From positions 1,184,001 to 1,248,000 of the forward strand of contig OZ245003.1 of NCBI GenBank assembly GCA_965223425.1: DNA of 64,000 nucleotides. Direction: 5' to 3'. The stretch is from Nitrosopumilus sp. (GTDB taxonomy: Archaea; Thermoproteota; Nitrososphaeria; Nitrososphaerales; Nitrosopumilaceae). A model generated the notes under the pieces. The model ran no database searches, had not been told where the DNA came from, and was given only the letters and a program-made list of their open reading frames with translations. Below are positions 20,488 to 32,110 of this stretch, piece after piece (the first letter of the stretch is position 1; every line of letters starts with the position of its first letter). A program made the position numbers and the translations under genes.

Positions 20488-21715
20488 GGTGCTGTCCAAA
20501 TTTTTCCCGGAAATTTCCAGAAAAGCTTATAGATCATGACGAAATCCTGCTGCAAGGCTTTTGGATCACGGGCTTGGCACCACGTCAATGTCAAAACGAC
20601 GAAAAAAGGGCAGGAAAAACGGACAGCATGACGCCCACGTCCGAAGGTACAGGATCCAGATGTGCCGGAACTATTCAGCATACGAGAAGAAGCGGAGGAG
20701 GGGCGAGGGCAACAAGATAGTGACGAGGATCAAAAAACTCAAAGAAATGATCCCCGCCGTCTTGGAGGGCGCCTCCGAGGACGAGACATCAGCACTATTG
20801 TGCGTGCTGGACATGGTGTTCCGTAACCACTCGTACAGGGTTCACGTCACGTACATGGAACTGCACCCGGGTACGGTAAACGCCTACGGCCTAAAAAGGA
20901 TTCCATCAAAATCGTCACTGCACAACATGGCAAAAGCGCTGTCAGCAGGACCGAGCAGCTCGCAGGACTGCTTCTGGCACAGGCAGGAGACGACGCGCGC
21001 GGCACCGTCATAGGCGACTCGTCTGGGTTCTCCATCATGAATTACGTGGACTGGGAGGACGCCAAGAAAGGACTCGTCTCAAGGCGCGAGTTTGACAAGC
21101 TGCACGTGCTGGTGGCCCCGCACGGCATGATATCTGCGTGCGAGGTGACGTACGGCAGAAAGCACGACTCGCCGGTGTTCTGCGACATGTACGGGAGGAT
21201 CCCGCACGGCGACACCGGCGGCCACGTCCTGCTGGATGCGGCATACCTCTCAAGGAAGAACTGCCGTATCATTGCAGACAGCGGAAGGGAGCCGGTCATA
21301 TGTCCCAAGAAGAACTCTGTTCCCAGGGGGTTTAACCCCATGGGAAAAATGCTTCGCTGGCACAGGGACGACCCGTGCGGGTTTGCAAAGGCCTACGGCC
21401 AGCGCAGCCTGGTGGAGAACACGTTTTCTGTCATGAAGGAGAGGTTCGGCGCAGTCGCCCGTGCAAGGACGGCATCCATGAGAAGGCTGCAGCTTGTCCT
21501 AAAGTGCATCTGCTACAACCTGGTCGCATAAGACTGCCGTAATGCGGAGAGGGCTTTCCCAGCGTAAGCTGTACTCCTGCTTGCCATTCTTTGGGACAAG
21601 GCACCTGATGACGGTGTCACCGGTATTCTTCTGGCATGGGCATCACCGATGCTTGCCTGTTTTTGCGCAAAAATCACGAAACATGTGATCGAAATCAGTC
21701 AATTTGGACAGCACC
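20488..21715 (+). mobile_element. IS5-family element (IS903-like 9-bp TSD); transposase 20588-21531 frameshifted
   Basis: TIR GGTGCTGTCCAAATT at both ends; TSD GTGTGAGAT; GDSSGFS, LLDAAY, YGQRSLVENTFSVMK. Confidence 0.9.
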
Positions 21716-21857
21716 GTGTGAGATAACATTGCCCAAATTGAGAAAAAAATCGTAACAATTCGGATTTCTGGAGTGCCGTGCCTAAATTGGATGTAAAATC
21801 TGTGATTTTGATGTGTTTTACGCATGCAACTTCAGAAACTCGAACTGTTACAAAAAA

Positions 21858-22074
21858 TCAAATTGACCCTGTATTATGCAAACTGGCATTCTGTATGATA
21901 GTCTTCCATTTGTTAGAACCATCTACAAGAATACCTGCACATTCAGCAGGTGTCTCTTTGTTGATACCACCATGTTTTTTTGAGAAATTATAGAATGCTT
22001 GGAATCCGTCAAACAGCGGACTGTCCATCTTTTTTATTCCCCTGTATGCGACTTCTCTATCCCTGATTGTGCCA
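21858..22074 (-). pseudogene. C-terminal remnant of an IS6-like (IS240-type DDE) transposase
   Basis: Manual translation GTIRDREVAYRGIKKMDSPLFDGFQAFYNFSKKHGGINKETPAECAGILVDGSNKWKTIIQNA*; cut by IS630 copy 3. Confidence 0.75.
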
Positions 22075-23221
22075 TAGTTAGCATATTAAATAATTGAACA
22101 TTTTCACAGGCAGGATCTCCTTTCTGGCAAACAGCTTGCGTACTGACTGCTCCATCTCATCTAGCGTGCCAAACACCTTTGCAGACAGTACCCGTTTTAT
22201 CACCCTCCACTGCATCTCAATGGGATTAAGCTCCGGCGTGTACGGCAGCAGGTACTCCAGAACTATCTCGCCGTTGTATCTTTCCAGAAACTTCTTTACC
22301 TTTTTGGATTTGTGATATGACGCATTGTCTACAAACAGCAGCAGCACCCTGCCGAATCTTTTGTGAACCCGTTCCAAAAAGCTGCAAAAGCTGTCGCTGT
22401 CTGGCTTTTCATAAAACATAAAGTAAAACGCGCTTGCTGACAGGACTCCAAAGATGTATCTTCTCTTGCGTGACAAAACAGAGGGCGGGGATGTGGCGCG
22501 CTTGCCGCGCCTTCTCCATCCGTAGCCGGGCCTGTCTGGTGCCTTTTGAATCGAGGATGCATCGCCGGCCAGTACGGCGTATCCCTGCGCCGACTTTTCT
22601 GCAACGGGTTTTTTTGCCCGCTCCTGAAACTCTTTTTGCTTTCTTTTTGAGGCTGATTTTGGGTTTTTTGGACGCGCCCTGCTCCACGAAAAGCCCATCT
22701 CCCTGATCAGCTGCAGCACGCCTGCCTTGCTGTACTGCACGCCGAACTTTCGCCTGATGTGCAGCCTTGCGAGGTTGGAATCCCACAGGCTGCTCTCAAA
22801 GCCGCATGACTCCGGGCCTGCATCCAGGTCTGCTGCAAGCTGTCTTGTCTGCGGTCTGTCTATCAAACGCTTTCGTCCCCTGCCGCTGCGCTCGAACCTT
22901 GCGCGCATTCCCTCTTCCTGTGCGCGGTTGAGCCATGCAGATATGGTGGATTTGGGCCTTCCCAGCATCCTTCCGATCCTGTCTAGCGGCACGCCGTCCT
23001 TGCGCTGCACGTACGCAAGCAGCCTGTCGCGCCTTCTGGGATCGGTCTCCTTTTTGTATGCCCTTTTGAGGTCTGCAACGCCGGTGTTTGGCAGAAATTT
23101 TGATCCCCTGCAGCCTGTCTCTTTTTTTGTTTGTACATGCAGTGTGTGCGATATGGCCGGTCTTGGATCTTTTGGCCAAAAATAATTGTCAAAATGATTC
23201 AGTTTTTTTATGTGCATACTA
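22075..23221 (-). mobile_element. IS630-family element, copy 3 (1-bp deletion near the start)
   Basis: Near-identical to copy 1; TA ends. Confidence 0.92.
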
Positions 23222-23417
23222 CATCTCTTCATACTTGTTTGCCATCTTTTCTATTGTCTGCTTTTGAATCAGATTTTCTGTGCGGAGCTGCTTGTACATT
23301 TTCTTGTAGTTGCGCGTATCCTTCAATATGACAGGTAAACCGAACTGGTATTTAGCTTGAGATGGTGATCAAAAATTGATCCATTGGGGAAAAATTAGGC
23401 ATGACGTGAACAGATAC
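23222..23417 (-). mobile_element. Left-end fragment of a probable IS66 (ISBst12-like) element
   Basis: Terminus GTATCTGTTCAC at 23417 on the minus strand; coiled-coil N-terminus LKDTRNYKKMYKQLRTENLIQKQTIEKMANKYEEM. Confidence 0.4.
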
Positions 23418-24196
23418 AAAAAATCAAATCTTATGGACAAACTGGAGGTGGTCAATTTGGGAAGGTTGTTTATTACAAGGACGAAAAAGGAAGTTATTCA
23501 ATAGTATCAGCATTAGACTGGTGGAATATATCCATGTTGGCAACAACGCATAGTGAACGACTGGGTTATCCTACACAGAAACCGCTTGAACTGTATGAAC
23601 GCATAACCAAGGCATCAAGCAATGAAGGGGACGTGGTACTTGATCCGTTTTGCGGATGTGCCACTACTTGTGTAGCTGCCGAGAAGTTAAACAGACAGTG
23701 GGTTGGAATAGACATCTGGGACAAGGCACACAAGGTAGTCATAGAACGTCTCAAAAAAGAGGGTTATCTGGCAGATACCGATGAAGAACGTGAGGATTTG
23801 ATACACACCAAGGGTAACATAACATACTCCAAAAAACCACTCATACGCACAGACGGGGGTTTTGAGGCAGTGCCATTTCTCGAGACAAAACTGAAACAAT
23901 TTGATGATATGGAGCGTGATCCATATAGCAACAAGGAGAAAAAATGCATGTTAGTGGAGCAATACGGATCGTATTGTCAGTGGTGTGGCTTTGAATTACA
24001 TGAAAGGTATCTTGAGCTGGATCACAGGGAGCCTAGATCAGACGGTGGATCAAACCTACTCAGAAACAGGATTCTGTTATGTGGGCCATGCAACAAGCTG
24101 AAAAGACATCTCTACACAATATCGTGGCTGAGAAACGAGAACAAGAAGCTGGGGTACATGGTAAATGAAAATGTACTTTTCAACCTGAAACAGTAA
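23418..24196 (+). pseudogene. N4/N6 DNA methyltransferase-HNH endonuclease fusion, 5'-truncated
   Basis: DWWNI...YPTQKPLEL...VLDPFCGCATT, then CQWCG...LELDHREPRSDGG...LLCGPCNKLK; the N-terminal DPPY/F region is absent. Confidence 0.85.
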
Positions 24197-24274
24197 ACCC
24201 CTCATTAATGCTCAACACACGATAACTTGACAGAACCCATTATTCTTTTATTGTATTGATGGCTTGTTTCTTCT

Positions 24275-25273
24275 GTGCAAATAGGTATTTACGGTTCTGG
24301 AACTGCAGATATTGCAGCCAAGACGATAAGAAAAATTTTAGATGATGCCGGAATAAGCTCGTTTGTATTAACAAAGTCAAAGAGCAAACAGGCTGATTGT
24401 ATTGTTGTTTTAGGCGGCGATAAAGGGGTGCGAAATTATTTTCATAGAACGTTTGATTCTGCTTCTCCTGTATTGGGAATTAGTGAGGGTGAATCAAGTG
24501 GATTTTTGGCCCAAATAGATCTTCGAGAATTTTCATCTTATGTTGGCGTTTTAAAAAAACAAAAATACACTATTGAAAAAGTTCCACGTCTTGGTGTAAA
24601 AATAGATGGAAAAAATGTTTACCCGGTGCTAAACGATGTTGCTGTATTTTCCTCAAAAAGCGCAATGCTGATGGAGCATACTTTACATGTCAATGGTGAA
24701 GAAGTATGGCATGATAACAGCGATGGAATTATCGTATCCACCCCTATTGGATCTTCTGCCTATTCCATGTCTGCCGGCGGTCCTGTTTTGTTCCAGGACT
24801 CTGCGGTATTTGAGATAATTTCTGTAAACTCCCTTGATGTTACTAGAAGGCCCATCATTGTATCTAATGACAGCTCTATTGAAATTGATGACATTTTTGC
24901 GCGACTTCACTGTGAGGTGGTTCTTGACGGTTTGGATAGATACAAAGTAAACAAATCAGTTGAGTGTACCCAATTTTTTCCTCCTGCAAAAATCATTCGG
25001 CTTAAAAAAGATTCCACTGCTATTTCTGCCCTTGCAAAGAAAGTACACCTTGCCGAGGAGCTGCTTCGTATGCCTCCAAGCTCCAAATTACTTTTAAAAA
25101 CCTTGGAATACGAAGGTGCGCTAACTCAGAAAGACCTGGCAAACAAAACATTGCTCCCCGATAGAACCGTCAGGTTGGCGCTAAGCCATCTTTTGCAAAA
25201 AGGATACGTGAAAAAGAAAGTTTCAATCAGGGATGCCAGACAGAAAATTTATGAAATCTCAAAGATTGAGTAA
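24275..25273 (+). CDS. NAD kinase-family protein with C-terminal MarR/wHTH domain
   Basis: LGGDKG, VLND, DGIIVSTPIGSSAYSMSAGG; LTQKDLANKTLLPDRTVRLALSHL. Confidence 0.85.
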   Translation: MQIGIYGSGTADIAAKTIRKILDDAGISSFVLTKSKSKQADCIVVLGGDKGVRNYFHRTFDSASPVLGISEGESSGFLAQIDLREFSSYVGVLKKQKYTIEKVPRLGVKIDGKNVYPVLNDVAVFSSKSAMLMEHTLHVNGEEVWHDNSDGIIVSTPIGSSAYSMSAGGPVLFQDSAVFEIISVNSLDVTRRPIIVSNDSSIEIDDIFARLHCEVVLDGLDRYKVNKSVECTQFFPPAKIIRLKKDSTAISALAKKVHLAEELLRMPPSSKLLLKTLEYEGALTQKDLANKTLLPDRTVRLALSHLLQKGYVKKKVSIRDARQKIYEISKIE

Positions 25274-25335
25274 TTTTTGAGAACTCTTTTTGGCCATTTC
25301 ACTTGTGCGTGATTTGTCGTTTCTTGTTGCTTCGT

Positions 25336-25382
25336 GGCTCTGGCGTATTTTGATGATCTGATCACTGTTTTGCACCAGAACC
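25336..25382. repeat. 47-bp imperfect palindrome, copy 1
   Basis: GGCTCTGGCGTATTTTGATGATCTGATCACTGTTTTGCACCAGAACC. Confidence 0.85.
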
Positions 25383-25391
25383 ACCACACGT

Positions 25392-27901
25392 CAGTAGTTC
25401 CCAGATGTAGATTTACCGCAACCACAGCCAGCATCGGTTCTACCTGCCTCGATCATTGACAAACAACTCGTTCCTGCTTGTAATATGCACGATAAACAAC
25501 GCCATGGTAAGTTTTTCCCCCGCAGAAGACACTCCTCCATACATCTTTCCTGCATCAAGGCAGAACCTGGCAATCCTCCACAGGTTGTACAGAAGCAGCG
25601 GCAGATAAAACATCAGCAGCCTCACAGCCAGGGAGTTGCTGCATGTCCTGCCCATGATTTTCTTTATGACGCGAAACCCCGTCTCGATGCCCCATCTCTT
25701 GCGGTACTGCTCCGGTATGATGTCTGTCATGGCTCTGGCACTCCTGATGGGAATGTTTGTTGCAAATGCAATGTATTGCTCCTTCTCTTCCTCCTCCTCC
25801 CCCTCCTTTTTCTTCTTCCCGTCTCTTTTGACAATTACAAGGTTGTAGGTCACAGTTACGCCGTCCTTGTTGGTCATTGACTGCTGCGATACCTGGTTTG
25901 CCTTTCCGTCCTCGTACAGCTTGACTATCCTCTTGATCTTGGAGTTCATGATGACAGGCATGATGTAGCGGCACCCGCCCTTTCCTGCCTCTGTCATGCA
26001 GTCAACGTTGTAAAAGGCGCGGTCGTACAGGAACACAGTCTTTGAATGTGCGCCTCCTCTGAGGATTTTCGTGCGTGTTTTGGCGATAAAATCGGCCAGT
26101 TTCTCCTTTGCCGTAGTTAGCACATTAAATAATTGAACATTTTCACAGGCAGGATCTCCTTTCTGGCAAACAGCTTGCGTACTGACTGCTCCATCTCATC
26201 TAGCGTGCCAAACACCTTTGCAGACAGTACCCGCTTTATCACCCTCCACTGCATCTCAATGGGATTAAGCTCCGGCGTGTACGGCAGCAGGTACTCCAGA
26301 ACTATCTCGCCGTTGTATCTTTCCAGAAACTCCCTTACCTTTTTGGATTTGTGATATGACGCATTGTCTACAAACAGCAGCACCCTGCCGAATCTTTTGT
26401 GAACCCGTTCCAAAAAGCTGCAAAAGCTGTCGCTGTTTGACTTTTCATAAAACATAAAGTAAAATGCGTTTGCCGCCAAAGCTCCAAAGATGTATCTTCT
26501 TTCGCGTGACAAAACAGAGGGGGATGTGGCGCGCTTGCCGCGCCTTCTCCACCCGTAGCCGGGCCTGTTTGATGCCTTTTGAATCGAGGATGCATCGCCG
26601 GCCAGTACGGTGTATCCCTGCGCCGACTTTTCTGCAACGAGTTTTTTTGCCCGCTCCTGAAACTCTTTTTGCTTTCTTTTTGAGGCTGATCTTGGGTTTT
26701 TTGGACGCGCCTTGCTCCACGAAAAGCCCATCTCCCTGACCAGCTGCAGCACGCCTGCCTTGCTGTACTGCACGCCGAACTTTCGCTTGATGTGCAGCCT
26801 TGCGAGGTTGGAATCCCACAGGCTGCTCTCAAAGCCGCATGATTCTGGCCCCGCATCCAGGTCTGCTGCAAGCTGTCTTGTCTGCAGTCCGTCTAGCAGG
26901 TGCTTTCGTCCCCTGCCGCTGCGCTCGAACCTTGCGCGTATTCCCTCGTCTTGTGCGCGGTTGAGCCATGCAGATATGGTGGACTTGGGCCTTCCCAGCA
27001 TCCTTCCAATCCTGTCTAGCGGCACGCCGTCCTTGCGCTGCATGTACGCAAGCAGCCTGTCGCGTCTTCGGGGATCGGTCTCTTTTTTGTATGCCCTTTT
27101 GAGGTCTGCAACGGCCGGTGTTTGGCAGAAATTTTGCCCCCCTTGCAACCTGTCTCTTTTTTTGTTTGTACATGCAGTGTGTGCGGTATGGCCGGTCTTG
27201 GATCTTTTGGCCAAAAATAATTGTCAAAATGATTCAGTTTTTTTATGTGCATACTACGGCAGCAGCTTCGACTCTAGGACAACCTGCGAGGAGTCCCTGC
27301 CGACTCCGTGCACTGCGACATACGAGAGAAACGTGGATGTTCCTGCCTTTGGACGCGACTTTCTTGTATGCTCCTGCAGATGCTCCCCATGGTATGGCGT
27401 GTCCGTAACGTCTATTGCAATGGCGTCGATGTCCTGCAGCATTCCTGCACGGCCGGCGTGCCGTACCGTGCGTGCCAATGTCTTTGCACACCAGTCCTGC
27501 ACGTCTGCCGGTTCGACGCCACGGACTGCAGACATGACCAGGTCTGCATCAGGCGTACGTGCGCCCGTGTCTTGAAGCCTGCTGCGCCGTACGAGGGATT
27601 CTACAAACGTGTTTCTCTCAGACGCCCTGATTAGCACGTCCAGTATGTCGCCGCATCCGTATACGGCGTTGTGCCTCTCAGACATTGGCATGCCAAGCTT
27701 TTGAAACGACGAGCGCAAGATTTTAAACTGGTTTGATGCTATGTTGTACTGGTGTGCGATCGGATCGTCGTGTGTTTGATTGCTCATGACACCTTGCACA
27801 CCGTAACCTAATCTAGATCTTTGCATTGCAATATGCGGTAACGCACCGGCATCTGGGCACAAGCATACATCTGGGCACAAATCTACATCTGGGAACTACT
27901 G
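25392..27901 (-). mobile_element. ISH3-type element (variant A), transposase ~27787-25440 interrupted by IS630 copy 4
   Basis: TIRs CAGTAGTTCCCAGATGTAGATTT; AIDVTDTPYHG, LYDRAFY, YRKRWGIETGFR; subterminal 18-bp repeats at 27850-27901; no matching TSD. Confidence 0.9.
26114..27256 (-). mobile_element. IS630-family element, copy 4 (frameshift near the start)
   Basis: Inserted at the TA of the palindrome GCCG-TA-CGGC inside the ISH3 transposase. Confidence 0.92.
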
Positions 27902-28569
27902 ATGTACGGGACACGGATTTTTCACAATCAAAGAAACTATATGGGACGTGAGAAAATCCAGTTCTTGGGTGTGGGCATCGTGATAGTACTTCCAGTACTG
28001 ATCACGTCTCTTATGACAATTCATTAGAGAACTCACATCCTCCCTGATCAATATGCGTGAAAAATCACAAAATTAGATCATTTGGTCGAATTTGGCGACA
28101 ACCCCCGCTCCACGTACTTTGCATTGTCTGTGGATGCCACTGTATTGGTTGACAGGCATGCCTGATCCAAGTGTCTTTTGGCGTAGCGATGTTTATCCCA
28201 ATGGCAAAAATTGTTGGCATCAGTCAGGTTTTAGGCGTGGTTATGCAACAGACTAACGTAATCGAAACCTACATTATATTGTGATTGTATCATAAAAATC
28301 GTAAGGTCAAAACAAGGCACGCATACGGTAGCGTGTTACTCTAACTGATTGTGATTTTATGCGTTATTTGTACTCTCAGAAATTATCTTTACATCATTAG
28401 TAGTGTCTACAAATTGTGATGCGGAACAAAAGCCTGCTGATCTCGAAAGATGTATTGGAGTTTTGTTTTGCTTCATTTTCAAATCATTATTACTTTTACT
28501 CATTAGTATATTTTCCCAATTTTATATATAAAAGAAATAGATACGTGAAATTTAACAGATTGTTACTCA

Positions 28570-30655
28570 TCACACACCATTATTAGAAATCCATTCTTCT
28601 TGTCTTAATGTGGATTGGTAACTAATTTCATTACCAGATTGACCAGATACCATTTTTTTGTCAACAGATCGGATTGTTGTATATGTATGGGTAAGTTCAA
28701 TACTCTCAACAAAACATCTATGAAATGTACATGTTTTAGAGTTGTTTCCATCCAACTCTAATTCATAATTCAGCGGTGAACCCAGCTTTAATATTGAATC
28801 ATAATGACTAAATAAATCCATGATATTTTCCTCTAAATCCTCAGAAATTTCTCTAATGTTTAATTTGAGAACTTCCTTAGCCTCTTTTTTACTGATCAAA
28901 TAATTATGTGAAAATCTTTCTTCTACCAAAATCTTAACAATACGTTTGAGGTCTTCATTGTTTTCTAAATGCCTTGAAAGCAACATTTCTGATAAAAATC
29001 TAATTTCAGCACGAGATCTATAGACCCTATCCGTTATTAACATAATTTTACCATTTTCCAGATATTTGTTCGCAACTAGATCCAAAACAGGCAAAATGCC
29101 ATGCATGTCATGTTAAACCACAAAAAGCTGGCAAAAAAACCAAAATTATTCCTGTCCATGACGGGAGTTACCCCCGGGCAGTTTTATGATCTGTGCCCGG
29201 AGATAGAGTCACAGTACAAGATAACGGAGGAAAGACGCCTCTCCAGGAATAACAGAATCCGAGACATCGGCGCAGGGCGCAGGTTCAAACACTGCCGCAG
29301 GGACAGAATCCTGATGGCACTGATCCACTACAGGACATACGTCACACAGGGTCTCCTGAGCCTGCTTTTTGACCTGAGCCAGTCAAATGTCAGCACCGGC
29401 ATACGATACATGGAGCCTGCCATAAAATCTGCACTGTCACTGCCTGACAAAAAGCTTGCAGAGACCAGACAGATATCAGACATTCGGGAGCTGGCATGCG
29501 CCTTTCCTGGGCTGCACGCAATCATTGACGCATCAGAGCAGCAGATTCAAAGGCCCAAGAACAAGTCCATGAGAAAAACACACTATTCGGGCAAAAAGAA
29601 GATGCATACGGTCAAGACACAGTACGTTGTAAACGCAGACGGCATGATTATGCACAGGACGCCGCACTCGCCTGGAAGCAGGCATGACTATTCTGTCTTC
29701 AAGTCAAAGTGCCCAAAACTTTCAAGAGATCTGAAAATCCTTGTGGATCTTGGATATCAGGGGATACGGAAGGACTATCCGGAGCTTGACGTGTTGATCC
29801 CGTACAAGAAGCCAAGGGGCGGCAAGCTTGATGATGCGCAGAAGGAATTCAACCGGGAGCTGTCCAGAGCAAGGGTACTGGTGGAGCATGTCATCTCAAG
29901 GATCAAGAAATTCGGCATAATGAGGGACAAGTTTAGGAACAGACTGTGCAGGTATGACTGCATCAATGCCATAATCTGCGGCCTGATCAACTACAAGCTG
30001 AAGACGCGCGATTTTGTTGTGATACCATGACGTAACAAGGAATCAGTTTGGTGAAACGTCAGGTTTTGTTAGTAATTACAGATCAGGTCTTATTAACAGC
30101 ACCAAGAACCAGAGGATGTATTTTTTCGGCTATAGATATAAAAATTTCAGTTAAATTGTCTTGTGTACTAATATTACATTGCGCTTTTGCCAAATCAAAA
30201 TAGCTCATGACATCCTCAACATTAACAGGAACCGATACAGGTACTGTTGGGTTTTGAGAAATGGGAACCGAAGGTGCAAGAGGATGTTGTGTAGAAGGAT
30301 CAACTGGACCTAGTTGAGCCATTTTAGACATCATTATTGAATTTCCGCCCAATGCCATCAGTGTGCCCGTACTAAGACATTTGTATGGAATAATAAAATG
30401 TAATTCTTTACAATGTTCTCTGATTAAATTAACTATGCCATATCCCGCAACAGTAATACCTCCTGGCGTATAGATGAATAATGATATCCTATCAGAATTA
30501 AATTTGGATATGTGTTTAGAAATAATTGGGATTACGTCATGTGATATTCTTGTTTCTAATCCTTGTCGATCACCTGTAAAATAAACTAAAACTTTTGAAT
30601 TTGTTTTCTCTTCAATCTGCTTAATTAATTTAATTCGTTCCTCTTTACTCAACAT
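28570..30655 (-). pseudogene. SDH-family ClpP-class serine protease (~337 aa) interrupted by an ISL2-like IS
   Basis: IYTPGG, CLSTGTLMALG, LGPVDPS, SHNYLISKKEA; removing the IS and one TSD restores ...LGAVNRSRAEIR... in frame. Confidence 0.88.
29022..30090 (+). mobile_element. IS5-family ISL2-like element with intact transposase (29110-30030)
   Basis: Imperfect TIRs AGACC..ATC.GT.ATTA; TSD TAT; IIDASEQ, YSGKKKMHT, VDLGYQG, RVLVEHVI. Confidence 0.92.
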
Positions 30656-30752
30656 TTTAGCTGAAAAATATAAGGATATAAACCAATCTTGATTGCTAGG
30701 GTGGTTCCATATCTCAAGATTCTGTTCAATCAGAGTGATATAGGCCAATGGT

Positions 30753-31232
30753 ATGATTAACATTCATAAAACTAAGGAAGGAAAATCAGAAGAATATGAA
30801 TCCATATTACAACTCAATTTTGGAAATGTCATAAAAGAAATGCTAAATGTGTTTGACAATAAAGAAGAAAATATCTTTAATTATATGCTTCAAAATTTAA
30901 AACCAGTGAATTTTACTGAAAAAGAATTTGAAAACTGCCATATTATTCCAAATAACATTAAGCAAGAATTTACAAAAATTGCTCAACATACTAAGAGAAA
31001 AATAACGATTCCTAAAGAAGGTATTTCTGAGATTGATGAATCAAAAGCATGGATAAAGTGCAATGATGCGCAAGAAAAAACTGGAATGTCAGGTTTGGTT
31101 TATGATGATGAAAAATTGATAGGGTGTATCGTTGAGCATGAAGACAAATATGCATATTTTCCTTTGACGGCCTTGGAAAATTCAAACATGGCGAAGGTGT
31201 TGACTAAATTGATATCCGATAATTCTACTTGA
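30753..31232 (+). CDS. Hypothetical protein, divergent from the SDH protease
   Basis: Clean 159-aa AT-rich ORF. Confidence 0.6.
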   Translation: MINIHKTKEGKSEEYESILQLNFGNVIKEMLNVFDNKEENIFNYMLQNLKPVNFTEKEFENCHIIPNNIKQEFTKIAQHTKRKITIPKEGISEIDESKAWIKCNDAQEKTGMSGLVYDDEKLIGCIVEHEDKYAYFPLTALENSNMAKVLTKLISDNST

Positions 31233-31586
31233 TCCTGACTTTTTGCTCGTAAAATATGCACAAATGTCAATACTTGAGTAGAGCCATCTTTGATAATAAG
31301 GCCTCAATAGAACCTGTAACAATCCCCCGTCTGTCAGCTAGAAAAAAGCGTCAGACTCAAGCTTTGACTCGTATCTTTTTATGTTCTTTTCAAGTTTTGA
31401 TCTTTTCCGTTTAAGATGCTTTAGATCTAGTCGCCGCCTTTTTGCGTGATTATGAATACTTGATGTTGTTACAGATAACATCTGCTCTTTTTCTGTTCTT
31501 GCTGTGTTTTTGATAGTAATACCTATTTCCAGTTATGGTTTTGATGATGCTCATTACACATTTCTCCATCAAAGATTTTCTAAGGA

Positions 31587-32102
31587 TCATTTTTCAATCC
31601 AATCCAAATCTACAAACATTATATCAGTTGAATTATCTGTATGAGGAATGTGCACAAATCCTCTGCGTACATACCAATCCACTACATCAGATTCGGGATT
31701 CAACATTACAATTCTACAACCAATGTCTTTGGAATATTTTTTTGCTTCGTTGATAGCATGTTGGATCATTGCCTGTCCTACCCCAGATCTCTCAAAATCA
31801 GCATGTGTTGCCAGTTGTCCTATCAATAAAGCCGGAATGTTGCTATGTGGAAAAGCTTCTAGTTTGGCATGTTCTTTTTTATTCGTGTCTGCCATCGCAA
31901 TCGTGATGAATCCTATTACGTGATTTTCGTACTGAAAGACCCAAGTCTTGCCGATTCTGGCTTTTTGATCTTGGAATGAAGTGGTTTGCAAGTACGTGAC
32001 AAACTTGTCCTTAGAACATCTAAAGGCGGCAATTCCGGGTATGTCTCTAGTTAATTTTCTAACTTGCACTTTACTAAAATCAATCTGGGTTTTGGGATGC
32101 AA
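31587..32102 (-). CDS. GNAT acetyltransferase, TacT/AtaT-like toxin
   Basis: FRCS..., VIGFITI, PALLIGQLATHADFERSGVGQAMI, WYVRRGF. Confidence 0.8.
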   Translation of the reverse strand: MHPKTQIDFSKVQVRKLTRDIPGIAAFRCSKDKFVTYLQTTSFQDQKARIGKTWVFQYENHVIGFITIAMADTNKKEHAKLEAFPHSNIPALLIGQLATHADFERSGVGQAMIQHAINEAKKYSKDIGCRIVMLNPESDVVDWYVRRGFVHIPHTDNSTDIMFVDLDWIEK

Positions 32103-32110
32103 TGAAAAAT

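Larger units (their letters stand above)
17385..24237. mobile_element. 6.85-kb IS6-like cargo transposon (transposase remnant, HicB-like gene, MTase-HNH), invaded by IS630 x2, IS110, IS5 and an IS66-like end
   Basis: 34-bp TIRs GGTTCTGTCAAGTTATCGTGTG(C/T)TGAGCAT(G/T)AAT; 8-bp TSD CATTATTC (17377-17384 and 24238-24245). Confidence 0.9.

Noticed and set aside
27902-28560. Possible additional IS ends or ncRNA
   Set aside because: No paired inverted repeats, TSD or ORF could be established by eye.
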